A stretch of DNA of 64,000 nt. Origin: Candidatus Nanoarchaeia archaeon. GTDB taxonomy: Archaea; Nanobdellota; Nanobdellia; Pacearchaeales; GW2011-AR1. The stretch lies in contig DATDSF010000038.1 of the NCBI GenBank assembly GCA_035291345.1, positions 23,845-87,844 on the forward strand. Direction: 5' to 3'. The position numbers and the translations under genes are program-made. A model generated the notes under the pieces. The model did no database searches. It saw only the letters and a program-made list of their open reading frames with translations, and had not been told where the DNA came from. Position 1 is the first letter of the stretch, and the number at the start of each line of letters is the position of its first letter. Below are positions 55,108 to 64,000 of the stretch, one piece after another.

Positions 55108-55423
55108 AAAAATTGGAATTAGGCTTGAAGAAAAAAATAAGTTCATTCTCCATACAGGTATGACTAAACTAAGTGCATATGAACAAACTCCGGCATTTGA
55201 TAGCATGATGAGAGCTAAACATAAATATGCATTAGTAGACTTTATTGAAAAGCATTTTGATAAAGACATATGTATACCAAATCCTAGAATACAAGAATTA
55301 ACTTATTCTACGGCATTAATCATACTTACACCAGGGGAACTTAAAGAGATTATTAAAGATTTTTATCTTATGGGTAAAGGTGAGAAAGATCATATTGAAT
55401 CTATTGAAGTGGAGATTAAGTAA
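55100..55423 (+). CDS. hypothetical protein
   Basis: Start at MSEKIG after an AGAGG ribosome-binding site. Confidence 0.35.
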   Translation: MSEKIGIRLEEKNKFILHTGMTKLSAYEQTPAFDSMMRAKHKYALVDFIEKHFDKDICIPNPRIQELTYSTALIILTPGELKEIIKDFYLMGKGEKDHIESIEVEIK

Positions 55424-56511
55424 TGAAATATGGTTTCATAGCAGATATACACTTAGCAACAAGTGATAATTTATCACCTATTGATGGGGCTTCTGGTCTT
55501 TCAATCAGAACACTTGATAAATTAAAAGCTCTTGATAAAGCATTAAATATTTCAGTAGAAAGAGGTTGTGAGGTATTCTTTTTAATTGGTGATATATTTG
55601 ATAAGTTAAACCCACCAGATAGATTGAAAAAAGCTTTTTATGAAACTCTTAAACCTTATTTCTATAAGATTGGGTTGCATATAATAGTAGGAAACCATGA
55701 TGGAGCAGACTTCACAAACAACTATTTATCTGAACAATTATTAATGGAGGAAGTTGAAAATCCTCCAATTCATATTATTGATAAAATTAAAACTCTTTCT
55801 CTGGGTATAAAAGGGGATGAAATATTAGTTATACCTTGGACAATTGATGGCGCATCTGTTGAGACAGCAGTTATTGAAGCTAATAAAAATATTCTTTGCC
55901 TTGCACATCATGAAATTTCAGGTGCGGTTGCTTCAACTGAATATGTACTCACGGGAGGATTTCCTGCAGGAATGTTTGATAAATTTAGACATACATTTAT
56001 GGGACATTATCACAGATACCAGATTATAAAAAAAGTAACATATGTTGGTAGCCCAATTATAAAAGATTTTTCAGAATTAGGAGTTGCAAAAGGATTTATA
56101 ATCTATGATTATTCTTCAAATAAAGCAGAATTTATTAATCTTGAAGAACGTAAAGCATATGTTATAACAATTAATGAACAAAATGCAGAAGAAATTGAGG
56201 CCTGGCTTGAACAAGAGCAAATAAAAGAAGGTTCTCTTATAAAGATTATTCTAGAAGGAGATGTTCATTGGGTTCGCCAAAGTAGGCCGGTTGTATATGA
56301 AGTATTTCATGCATTAAATCCATTAAAACTTATAATTGATAAAAAGATTTTGAAACAAAATATTGAAAATGCTACACAAGAAGCTATACTTAATTCAACT
56401 AATAGACTTGACAGGCTTAAAAAATTCTCAAAAGATGTAGATAAATCATGGATAGATTATGGTTTAAAGATATACACTCAGGCAGAGAATAAATTCATGG
56501 AAGGATCTTAA
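55423..56511 (+). CDS. Mre11/SbcD-family nuclease (T4 gp47-like)
   Basis: Phosphoesterase motif I FIADIHLA, motif II GDIFDK, motif III GNHD, plus later His motifs. Confidence 0.75.
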   Translation: MKYGFIADIHLATSDNLSPIDGASGLSIRTLDKLKALDKALNISVERGCEVFFLIGDIFDKLNPPDRLKKAFYETLKPYFYKIGLHIIVGNHDGADFTNNYLSEQLLMEEVENPPIHIIDKIKTLSLGIKGDEILVIPWTIDGASVETAVIEANKNILCLAHHEISGAVASTEYVLTGGFPAGMFDKFRHTFMGHYHRYQIIKKVTYVGSPIIKDFSELGVAKGFIIYDYSSNKAEFINLEERKAYVITINEQNAEEIEAWLEQEQIKEGSLIKIILEGDVHWVRQSRPVVYEVFHALNPLKLIIDKKILKQNIENATQEAILNSTNRLDRLKKFSKDVDKSWIDYGLKIYTQAENKFMEGS

Positions 56512-56512
56512 T

Positions 56513-56707
56513 ATGGGCAGGCAAAAAGGAGCAGAAGTTAAAGCTTTTAATGTGAGTTTTGAAGAAAGATGTGAAGAATTAGGATGGGATTCAAAAAATA
56601 TTATAAGTAGTATAATTAAAGATCGATCTATTAATGGTAACCCTAAACAGATTATGAGCAAATCAAGAATACCAATACCTTCTAAACGTCGTAGAGGAGC
56701 ATCATGA
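56513..56707 (+). CDS. hypothetical small protein (64 aa)
   Basis: ORF between the Mre11-like and Rad50-like genes. Confidence 0.3.
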   Translation: MGRQKGAEVKAFNVSFEERCEELGWDSKNIISSIIKDRSINGNPKQIMSKSRIPIPSKRRRGAS

Positions 56708-56985
56708 AGAAATCTAAATTACTAAAATTAATAGTTAAAAAAGCTTGTGAAAATAATACTTTATTAGATGAAGATGATTTATTATGTGATATAGATGATC
56801 ATCATTCTCATATTCCATTAATCTTTTCACATGATTTTGCAAAAGCTTTTTGGGGAACAAATTTACATGATACAACAAAGTATGGTGAACAAGGATTACA
56901 GTTCACAGAACAAGAATGGGAATATCATTTAAAAAAGATGGTATTATATAAAGACCCAATAAAGTATTTGGAGCAATTTTTATGA
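56704..56985 (+). CDS. hypothetical protein (93 aa)
   Basis: ORF. Confidence 0.35.
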   Translation: MKKSKLLKLIVKKACENNTLLDEDDLLCDIDDHHSHIPLIFSHDFAKAFWGTNLHDTTKYGEQGLQFTEQEWEYHLKKMVLYKDPIKYLEQFL

Positions 56986-59153
56986 AATTAAAAAGTTTAG
57001 CTTTTGAAGGATTTGGTCTTTTTAAAACAAGGCAATTTATTGATTTTACAATGTTTCCAGAAAATGCCATTATTGGAATTTTTGGTACAAATGAGGATGC
57101 TGTAGGCTATGATTCTAATGCATCGGGTAAATCAACACTCTTAAATACAATTACTTGGTGCTATTTTGATAAAGTTCCAATCCAGTCTGATAGAGATTCT
57201 ACAATTGGAAAAATAGATATAATTAATGATCAGTGTGATAGAGTAGAAGTTACTGTAAATTTTATCTCTGATATTGGTAATGATGTTGTTTTTAAAAGTG
57301 TTAGGACTAGGAAAGATTCAAAACGACTGTATCTTGAAATTGATGGTGTAGAATGGAAATCTAATACTGATTCTCAAAAACGTGAAAAGCTATTCCAGAT
57401 ATTAGGTATTGGAGGTAAAAAGAAAGTTTATTTCAGTGATTTTTTAAACCATACTTATTTTACTGGCGAAACTACTAAAGGTTTTGCTTCAAAAAATTTT
57501 TCATCTAAAGACAGATGCTCAATGATATCAAGATTTAGAAAACTTGAAATTATGGATTATGCATCTGAATTGTCAAATATTGATAAGAAAAAAATCTCTG
57601 ATGAGATTATGTTACTTGAAAATAATTTAACTGTTCTTACAAACCAATTATCAAAAGATTTTGATGAAAAAGTAATTAAAAAAGAAATGAAAGTGATAGT
57701 TAGTACTATCAATGGAGTAAAGATTAAGATTGATGTTATTGAACAAGATTTGAAACAAGGTGAAGAATATAATAAAGCTCAAAGGAAAGTTTCTAGCTTA
57801 AAATTAGAATTAGGAGAAATTAAATCAAGAGTTGATGCTTATGTGAACGATATTGAAAAGATTTGCTGGTTATTAAACTCAAAGAAAAAAGAATTTGATT
57901 CAAATGAAAAGTTAATAAATGAGCTTTCAAGCAATAAAAAAATTGAAACTAAAGAAGTATATGATATCAAGTTAAAAGAGCTTGAAACTCAGTATACAGA
58001 ATATAAAGTAGAAATAAGTACTCTTGAAAAAAGAGCTAATGAATTAAGTGAGAAAATAGACCATATTAATTCTGGTAATTATCTCTCATGTCCAAAATGT
58101 AAATCAGAATTATTACTTAAAGAAAATGTTTTATCAGTAGTTAATAAATCAAAATTAGCTCAATTCATGTTAGATTATAAAACTGATATGACACAAATAG
58201 AATTAAAGATAAAAGAAATTAATGAAAATCTTTCTAATATTGTTAAGTATAGAATAGAAATAAAATCAAAACGTGATAAAGTAGTTGAAACTTCAACAAG
58301 ACTTGAAAGTTTGAAACATAATTCAAGAGTTATACTAAATATTATTGATACACATTTAACAGAACAAGAAGAAGGTGTTATTGTAAAAGATGCAACAGGT
58401 TCTTATAGTATTGATAAAACATTAAAAGAGTATTCAACTTATTCTGAGTATACAGAAAAATTAGATGAACTTAATAAAGTTATAAATGAGAGTTCACACC
58501 TTACTGAATCATTTTATAAAATGAGTGATTTAAATGAAAAGAATAATGAATTAAGAATTCTTGAATTGAAGTTACAAACAATGCAAAATCAGATTGATAT
58601 GTATAATAAAGTATCAAATCAGATTTTTGAAATACAAACTAAAGTTGCAGAAAAACATATAAAGCTTGAAATGTATGAATATTGGGTAAATGGATTTAAA
58701 ACTATAAAGAATATTGAGTTACTTGAAACTGAACCAATGTTAGAGCAAATTACAAATGATTTTTTAAGCAAGTTAGGTACTAATATTGAAGTTAATTATA
58801 AACTTGATGTTAATAATAGTGAATTAGATTTAGATCTTATTGAAGATTCTGGAGTACAACGTGTTCTTGAACTCTTTTCATATGGTCAATCAAATCGCAT
58901 TTCATTATCAGCAGGATTAGCCTTAAGAGAATTAAATCGTAACTCAAACATGGACTTTGGTTTTACTCTTTGGGATGAAGTATTAGATGGACTTGATGCT
59001 ACAGGGCAGGATCGGTTCTTTGATATCCTACGTGATATTAGCGGGCTGAAACTAGTGATTTCTCACGATATTAATCTAAAAAATTCTTTTGAGCATAGAA
59101 TAATAGTTAGCCGAAAGAATCATATTTCTAATATCAAGATTGAAACTAATTGA
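56982..59153 (+). CDS. Rad50/SbcC-family ATPase (T4 gp46-like)
   Basis: Walker A SNASGKSTLLN. Long coiled-coil with a CPKC zinc hook. Signature SLSAGLAL. Walker B LWDEVLDGLD. H-loop ISHD. Confidence 0.75.
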   Translation: MKLKSLAFEGFGLFKTRQFIDFTMFPENAIIGIFGTNEDAVGYDSNASGKSTLLNTITWCYFDKVPIQSDRDSTIGKIDIINDQCDRVEVTVNFISDIGNDVVFKSVRTRKDSKRLYLEIDGVEWKSNTDSQKREKLFQILGIGGKKKVYFSDFLNHTYFTGETTKGFASKNFSSKDRCSMISRFRKLEIMDYASELSNIDKKKISDEIMLLENNLTVLTNQLSKDFDEKVIKKEMKVIVSTINGVKIKIDVIEQDLKQGEEYNKAQRKVSSLKLELGEIKSRVDAYVNDIEKICWLLNSKKKEFDSNEKLINELSSNKKIETKEVYDIKLKELETQYTEYKVEISTLEKRANELSEKIDHINSGNYLSCPKCKSELLLKENVLSVVNKSKLAQFMLDYKTDMTQIELKIKEINENLSNIVKYRIEIKSKRDKVVETSTRLESLKHNSRVILNIIDTHLTEQEEGVIVKDATGSYSIDKTLKEYSTYSEYTEKLDELNKVINESSHLTESFYKMSDLNEKNNELRILELKLQTMQNQIDMYNKVSNQIFEIQTKVAEKHIKLEMYEYWVNGFKTIKNIELLETEPMLEQITNDFLSKLGTNIEVNYKLDVNNSELDLDLIEDSGVQRVLELFSYGQSNRISLSAGLALRELNRNSNMDFGFTLWDEVLDGLDATGQDRFFDILRDISGLKLVISHDINLKNSFEHRIIVSRKNHISNIKIETN

Positions 59154-59164
59154 GGACCAAAGAA

Positions 59165-60004
59165 ATGGCCAAACAAACTAAGAATTTCTTAAAACCAGAG
59201 CTTCAAAAAGGGGGAATTAATGAAGCTAGCAGTCAACATGCACAAAATGAGGCAGGATCAAATTTACCTGATTCAGTAACATTACCTTTAACAGAGATTC
59301 AAAAAGATATTGTTCCTCAGATTAAACCACAATTTGATTCTGAAGATGATTTATCTGCATTACCAGAAACAGAACTTAATAAACTAAATCTTGAAGAATT
59401 GAAAAAAAGAGTTCTCATTGGCGATGATCTCAAAGGATCTACTGGGTTTTCTATAACACCAGGGTTACTCGATAATACACAAGTAAAATCTGATGATAAA
59501 CTAAAAGTAAAAGGAATTGCTGGAGGTATAGAGCCTACTGAGGTTGATAACAGTAAATTAACTGACGAAGATATTAAAAAATTAAGCTTATCAAAAGAAG
59601 GAATTAATAAATTAAATCTTAAGAATAATCAAGCTGGTATTATTGGGACTATGAACATTAATGATAAAGAATTAATTGGGAAACAATCAGGTCCTGAAGA
59701 AATTGGTTTTAGAAAGATTGGAAATACATTAAGATATATAGATCCTGTTTTTGAAGCTATTAAAAAAGCTGTTGTTGAAGATCAGAAATCTAGGCTCCAT
59801 AGTATTAATTGTTTACAAGTAAATGATGGCCCTACACTAATTATATTTCAAGGTAATCGTGATAATGTTTGGGCTTATATTGAAGCTCGTCTTGATGTAG
59901 ACCATAGACTGATAAATAGAAACATTAAAATCTATAATTCTATCCTTAGACAAATCTTAAAATCTGCTGAAGCAACTAGAGGAATTGTTAATCTTTTCAA
60001 TTAA
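59165..60004 (+). CDS. hypothetical protein
   Basis: Start at the ATG after a GAGGA ribosome-binding site. Last gene of the rightward block. Confidence 0.4.
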   Translation: MAKQTKNFLKPELQKGGINEASSQHAQNEAGSNLPDSVTLPLTEIQKDIVPQIKPQFDSEDDLSALPETELNKLNLEELKKRVLIGDDLKGSTGFSITPGLLDNTQVKSDDKLKVKGIAGGIEPTEVDNSKLTDEDIKKLSLSKEGINKLNLKNNQAGIIGTMNINDKELIGKQSGPEEIGFRKIGNTLRYIDPVFEAIKKAVVEDQKSRLHSINCLQVNDGPTLIIFQGNRDNVWAYIEARLDVDHRLINRNIKIYNSILRQILKSAEATRGIVNLFN

Positions 60005-60053
60005 GGTTTTCAGGATTTTATTTAACAATAAATTTATCAATACAATTCACTAC

Positions 60054-60094
60054 AAACTCCAGGTATATATCCTAACAAAACCTGGAGTTTTCTG
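60054..60094 (+). terminator. rho-independent terminator at the convergent junction
   Basis: Perfect 10-bp inverted repeat AAACTCCAGG...CCTGGAGTTT followed by TTTTCTG on the plus strand. Sits between the convergent plus-strand gene 59165..60004 and the minus-strand gene 60117..60377. Confidence 0.6.
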
Positions 60095-60116
60095 TAGATA
60101 ACAATCAATTGAAAAT

Positions 60117-60377
60117 TTACTTTCCAATTGGTCTTTTAGCAAAGCCTGCAGAAGCTATAAGTTCAGCAACATCATCATAATGCAAGCAATCACATAAACA
60201 AGCACCTACAACAGGTCCACCAAGTATTGGTGCTATGCTACCATTGCAGTAATCATTTCCTGGTTGAGCATCAAATAAAATGCCTATGGCATTGATATTT
60301 ACTGGACTATTTCCATAACCTGCAAGTGATACAACTTTATCACCATTTTTTGCTTCTCTGCCATTTCTGTAATGCAT
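60117..60377 (-). CDS. hypothetical Gly/Cys-rich protein (86 aa)
   Basis: ORF. Confidence 0.35.
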   Translation of the reverse strand: MHYRNGREAKNGDKVVSLAGYGNSPVNINAIGILFDAQPGNDYCNGSIAPILGGPVVGACLCDCLHYDDVAELIASAGFAKRPIGK

Positions 60378-60391
60378 TGTCTACTCCTTTA

Positions 60392-63300
60392 TTAGAATGG
60401 GTCTATCCCTTTTACCTTAATGTTTTGACTAAAATCTTTTAGATTAAAATCATGTGACATGAGATAGAAATCAGTTGAATAATCTTTGAAATTAGGAAGA
60501 TATTTCTTTGATCTAATTGTTACCTTGGTAAGCTTTGAGTCCGTAGTACTCACAATCTTAAAGAAAGGTAAATTATATGACTCACCAGCAACGTTCTGTG
60601 CTTGTATTAAATTTTTAATCTCAAAAATCAATCTCGGAAAAGCAGATTGAAATAGCATTAATCTTGTAGCATACTCAATAAAATTCCTTTGCATAAATCT
60701 ATTCTCTGGTAAATCTTCAGTTTTTTTACCATATCTGTATATTGAATCTTGATTAACAGCAGTATATTTTAAACTACTATTAGCTTCTAGTTGTAATCCA
60801 GGAGCTTTTATCTCTATGTAATCATAACCATTAGGATTCTGCCAAAAAACTCCGGTACTTCCATATTCAAAACCCACAAAAATCTTAGAGCCTCCAACTT
60901 CAACCAATGAATCATTTGATGTTGATGGACCTTTTGGTACCCAGTATGCTAGAATACTTTTATTAATTAGTGTTGAATCAGTCCCAATGGTTGGTAATAT
61001 AGAATTATTAAAAGGTATGATCTGAATCCAATGAGTAGATTTATTATCTATCACATATTCTTTTTTTGCATAAATTTGATATTCAGCATTTAAATCTGAA
61101 ATTCTAATAACTGTACCAATACCAAGATTCTTAAAAGAAGCAACTTGAAATTCAACTATATCAGTAGATAGATTATAAGTAGTACCTGCAACTCTTTGAA
61201 TAACACCAGTTGAAATGAAGGTAACTCCCTTATCACTCCAAGTATTATTTGACAAAGTTGTCTTATTATCATCCCCTTTAATAGCATTAGATCTGAAAAT
61301 AGAGACTGGAGTATATGCTGCAAAATCCTGACCTAAGTTCTCTTCAAGAATTATGATGTTACTTGAAAAATCTGCATCGATAATCATTCTACTTATCTGT
61401 TGAGAATTACCTTCTGTGTCTGTATAATTAACTACAAAAATATCCCCTATAGAGAGCTGATCACTGAGATTTGAGCCAAAAAATGATGGCAGATATATTT
61501 CTGTCTCGTTAGACGCAACGTCTCTATAGAGTTTAGTTTCAAATACAACATTATAAATAAGGTAAGCAAAACGAACATTGGTGAAGTATTTATTTGAGAC
61601 ATTAGTAGGATCTATATTCTTATATTCATTTTCAACATTAGGTACAGAACCAACCACAACAGTTTTTAACACAATATCATGAGCCATATCATCTTCTTGA
61701 CGTATTCTCAATGATATATCAAGATTAGTTCTACCATCATCAACTTGAGTAGTTAACATATTTGAACAGAGAGTTACATTCCATTCAATATCGCCCTTTT
61801 TTGCTACCATTGGTGTAGCAGTAATAACGTTTTTAATATCTACATCTAAAATCTTTTTCTTAGATATTACGGGATCTAAATCTAAGTCAATAAATATGCT
61901 TGCTTCATTTTCTAGTTCTCTTTTTATGAAAAAGAACTTATCATTATCAAAACCCATTATATAGTTAAATGCTCTAGCAATTTGGCTTAAAGCATCCCAT
62001 ACTTTTAAATTATTAAAATCTGCTAATTCCACTACTCCAGATAAATACTTATCATATTTGAATAAGTAGTTTTTTGAGTTTGATTTTTTAATATAGTTCG
62101 GTAAATAACCAGTTGATACTCCAAAAACAGTATTAAATCCAGTAACCAATTCTTGAAGTTCAAGATTAGATAAAATATTAGTATCACCAAAAGTAATATC
62201 ACTTATAAACCCTAATCTGTCTTCTGTTTCAGTAACTAAATCATATCTCCTGAGTTCCATTTTATTAGTAGATTCATCTCTATCATGTATTAGTACATAA
62301 TATAGATAATTATCAATACTTGATTTAATTAGTCTTGAGAACTGATATTTGCCATTAATAAAATGATTAGAATATAAAGGGTTTAGGTCAGAAAACTCAT
62401 CAACTGAAACACTTAAATTAGTTAGCTTTGCTAGACCAAAAGGAGTGCCTAATGAAGGTTTATATGCATTCTCTGCAAATGTTACTATTTTCTTTCTATC
62501 ATAATAAGATATAATTAATCCATTAGAAGTATACAGCATATCTGTAATTGTAGCTAACATTTTACTATAATTAGACTCATATAATACTGTAATAGTAGGA
62601 AGTGCAACACTGCTACTAAAATCAACTTTTAATATTCTTGTCTTATTATGCTTTTCACTTGTAAAAACTCCATCAGTATCTGTTTGATTATTGAAAGACA
62701 TTCCAGCTATAAATAATGTAGTACCATTTACTGCTGTAGCTGTAATCTGTAAAGGAACATTGACACCACTATAAGATTGAACCATGTCTGATAAAGTAAC
62801 TTCAGTAAATGTATTTAAAGCAAGATCATAAATAAAATATTTAAATCTTAATGTTTCTGGAACCATCTCTCCAGTATTATAATCAAAACTTTGTGTATTT
62901 AAATCTGCTTGTGAAAAATTACAATTACCTTTAGAACGTCTACTAACTTTGTCAAGTACTTGAATAAAGAAACTACCACTTATACCTAAAGTAGGTAAAT
63001 ACTCTATAGAGCCTTTTTGACCGGAAGTATATTTTAGCCAAGGCCAAGAAATACCTTCAGGATTAATTCTAGTATGTACCCCAAACAATTTACTGTCTTT
63101 TAACAATAAAGCTTCTTCATACCATGAAAAATAACCCGGATAAAAAGTTTTAGCAGTAAATTGATTTGGGAGATATGAAAAAGGATTATCTATATTATAG
63201 TAATCTATTGAAGGACAGTTACTATCATAATTTTCCTCAAAATATGCAGAATTCCTATTAAAGCCTTTTGTTGGGTTGTTATTATCAAGTATGAAATCTT

Positions 63301-64000
63301 TTGTTTGTACTATAAAAACTGCTTGTTGACTGTACCCCTCAGTAGGTGCATAGTAATATTTATCAGCGGTCTCTGTTAAAGTTTTTCTTCCTTGAATAAC
63401 TATTCTAGTCCTATCCCTGAAATTATAAATTGGTGAACTATATACTGGATTACATTCACTAGGTCTTGTATTAAAATAAGGATCATCTTCAGCATATTCT
63501 CTTACATAAATTTGATTATTTACCCATCTATTACCCGTAGTTTCTGGGAAAGTTCTATTATGACCAAAATATGCATGTCTAAACTTATTAGCTCCTGGAT
63601 CTTCAACAGCACCATACCAAGCAGGTAAATAATTTTCAATATATCTATTAGCTATAAAACCTACTTTCTGAGCAAAAGGTATAGCAATATTCTCTGTTTG
63701 AGGAAATTTATATATATCTCCAGTAAGATTCTTAATTGATTGTGTCGCAATATCAAAATTTCCTATTCCAGACAATACTGGATTTAGCCTAAAATTAGTA
63801 TTCTTATAAGTATGATAAGTATTACCATAAATAGTTTTATAGTCTGCTTGAGACATTGCTGTTAATTTAAAGTAAGGAGGTATAATGTGATATTTACCAG
63901 GATAAATACTATATTTGAAATTATAGTTTGACGATTGAGATTGAGAATCAAATAAAACTGTTATAGATTCTCTGTCTGCTTTAAAGAAAACAAAATTCAC
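60392..64000 (-). CDS. large virion structural protein (tail fiber / baseplate-like), N-terminus beyond the window edge
   Basis: An ORF of more than 1200 codons that runs to the window boundary. Rich in Asn/Ser/Thr/Tyr/Gly, as is typical for phage fiber or host-recognition proteins. No enzymatic motifs. Confidence 0.5.
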   Translation of the reverse strand: MNFVFFKADRESITVLFDSQSQSSNYNFKYSIYPGKYHIIPPYFKLTAMSQADYKTIYGNTYHTYKNTNFRLNPVLSGIGNFDIATQSIKNLTGDIYKFPQTENIAIPFAQKVGFIANRYIENYLPAWYGAVEDPGANKFRHAYFGHNRTFPETTGNRWVNNQIYVREYAEDDPYFNTRPSECNPVYSSPIYNFRDRTRIVIQGRKTLTETADKYYYAPTEGYSQQAVFIVQTKDFILDNNNPTKGFNRNSAYFEENYDSNCPSIDYYNIDNPFSYLPNQFTAKTFYPGYFSWYEEALLLKDSKLFGVHTRINPEGISWPWLKYTSGQKGSIEYLPTLGISGSFFIQVLDKVSRRSKGNCNFSQADLNTQSFDYNTGEMVPETLRFKYFIYDLALNTFTEVTLSDMVQSYSGVNVPLQITATAVNGTTLFIAGMSFNNQTDTDGVFTSEKHNKTRILKVDFSSSVALPTITVLYESNYSKMLATITDMLYTSNGLIISYYDRKKIVTFAENAYKPSLGTPFGLAKLTNLSVSVDEFSDLNPLYSNHFINGKYQFSRLIKSSIDNYLYYVLIHDRDESTNKMELRRYDLVTETEDRLGFISDITFGDTNILSNLELQELVTGFNTVFGVSTGYLPNYIKKSNSKNYLFKYDKYLSGVVELADFNNLKVWDALSQIARAFNYIMGFDNDKFFFIKRELENEASIFIDLDLDPVISKKKILDVDIKNVITATPMVAKKGDIEWNVTLCSNMLTTQVDDGRTNLDISLRIRQEDDMAHDIVLKTVVVGSVPNVENEYKNIDPTNVSNKYFTNVRFAYLIYNVVFETKLYRDVASNETEIYLPSFFGSNLSDQLSIGDIFVVNYTDTEGNSQQISRMIIDADFSSNIIILEENLGQDFAAYTPVSIFRSNAIKGDDNKTTLSNNTWSDKGVTFISTGVIQRVAGTTYNLSTDIVEFQVASFKNLGIGTVIRISDLNAEYQIYAKKEYVIDNKSTHWIQIIPFNNSILPTIGTDSTLINKSILAYWVPKGPSTSNDSLVEVGGSKIFVGFEYGSTGVFWQNPNGYDYIEIKAPGLQLEANSSLKYTAVNQDSIYRYGKKTEDLPENRFMQRNFIEYATRLMLFQSAFPRLIFEIKNLIQAQNVAGESYNLPFFKIVSTTDSKLTKVTIRSKKYLPNFKDYSTDFYLMSHDFNLKDFSQNIKVKGIDPF

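Noticed and set aside
1-64000. CRISPR arrays, integrase or transposase genes, rRNA.
   Set aside because: No regularly spaced direct repeats of CRISPR type were seen. No tyrosine or serine recombinase or DDE transposase motifs were recognised. No rRNA-like GC-rich conserved blocks were seen.
60392-64000. Assigning the large terminal ORF a specific function (tail fiber, tailspike or lytic enzyme).
   Set aside because: No enzymatic or fiber-specific sequence motifs are recognisable by eye. Only size and composition argue for a structural or host-recognition role.

Overview
AT-rich (about 30% GC), gene-dense segment that reads as a tailed-phage (Caudoviricetes) genome. Genes at 1-22063 are almost all on the minus strand, mostly small proteins with no recognisable motifs. 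This leftward block does contain an FAD-dependent thymidylate synthase ThyX, a second thymidylate-synthase-fold protein, an ATP-dependent DNA ligase, an SPFH/band-7 protein, a probable lytic transglycosylase and a tRNA-like element. From 22300 to 60004 the genes run on the plus strand and form a replication, nucleotide-metabolism and recombination block. Recognisable plus-block products are a DnaB-like helicase, a sigma-70-family factor, an SF2 DEAH helicase, a flap endonuclease, a DnaG-type primase, dCMP deaminase, a family-A DNA polymerase with 3'-5' exonuclease, a RecA-like ATPase, a RuvC-like resolvase and an Mre11/Rad50 pair. The window ends with a large minus-strand structural ORF truncated at the window edge. 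Inside the plus block (about 29.5-41.1 kb) there is a contiguous candidate DNA base-hypermodification cluster. It contains a MazG-like dNTP pyrophosphatase, an acyl carrier protein, a thymidylate-synthase-fold enzyme carrying the Asn-to-Asp substitution expected for dCMP hydroxymethylases, a thymidylate-kinase-like P-loop kinase, two C5-cytosine methyltransferases, one amino-methyltransferase, and two large multi-domain glycosyltransferases (SAM-MTase+GT4 and GT2+TPR+GT4). A strongly conserved roughly 20-nt motif, consensus ATTATATTTGTTTTGTCAAT in the direction of transcription, sits 15-100 nt upstream of at least 15 genes on both strands and is probably a phage-specific promoter. Several conserved structured non-coding elements are also present. 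All calls rest on motif reading by eye; no database searches were run.
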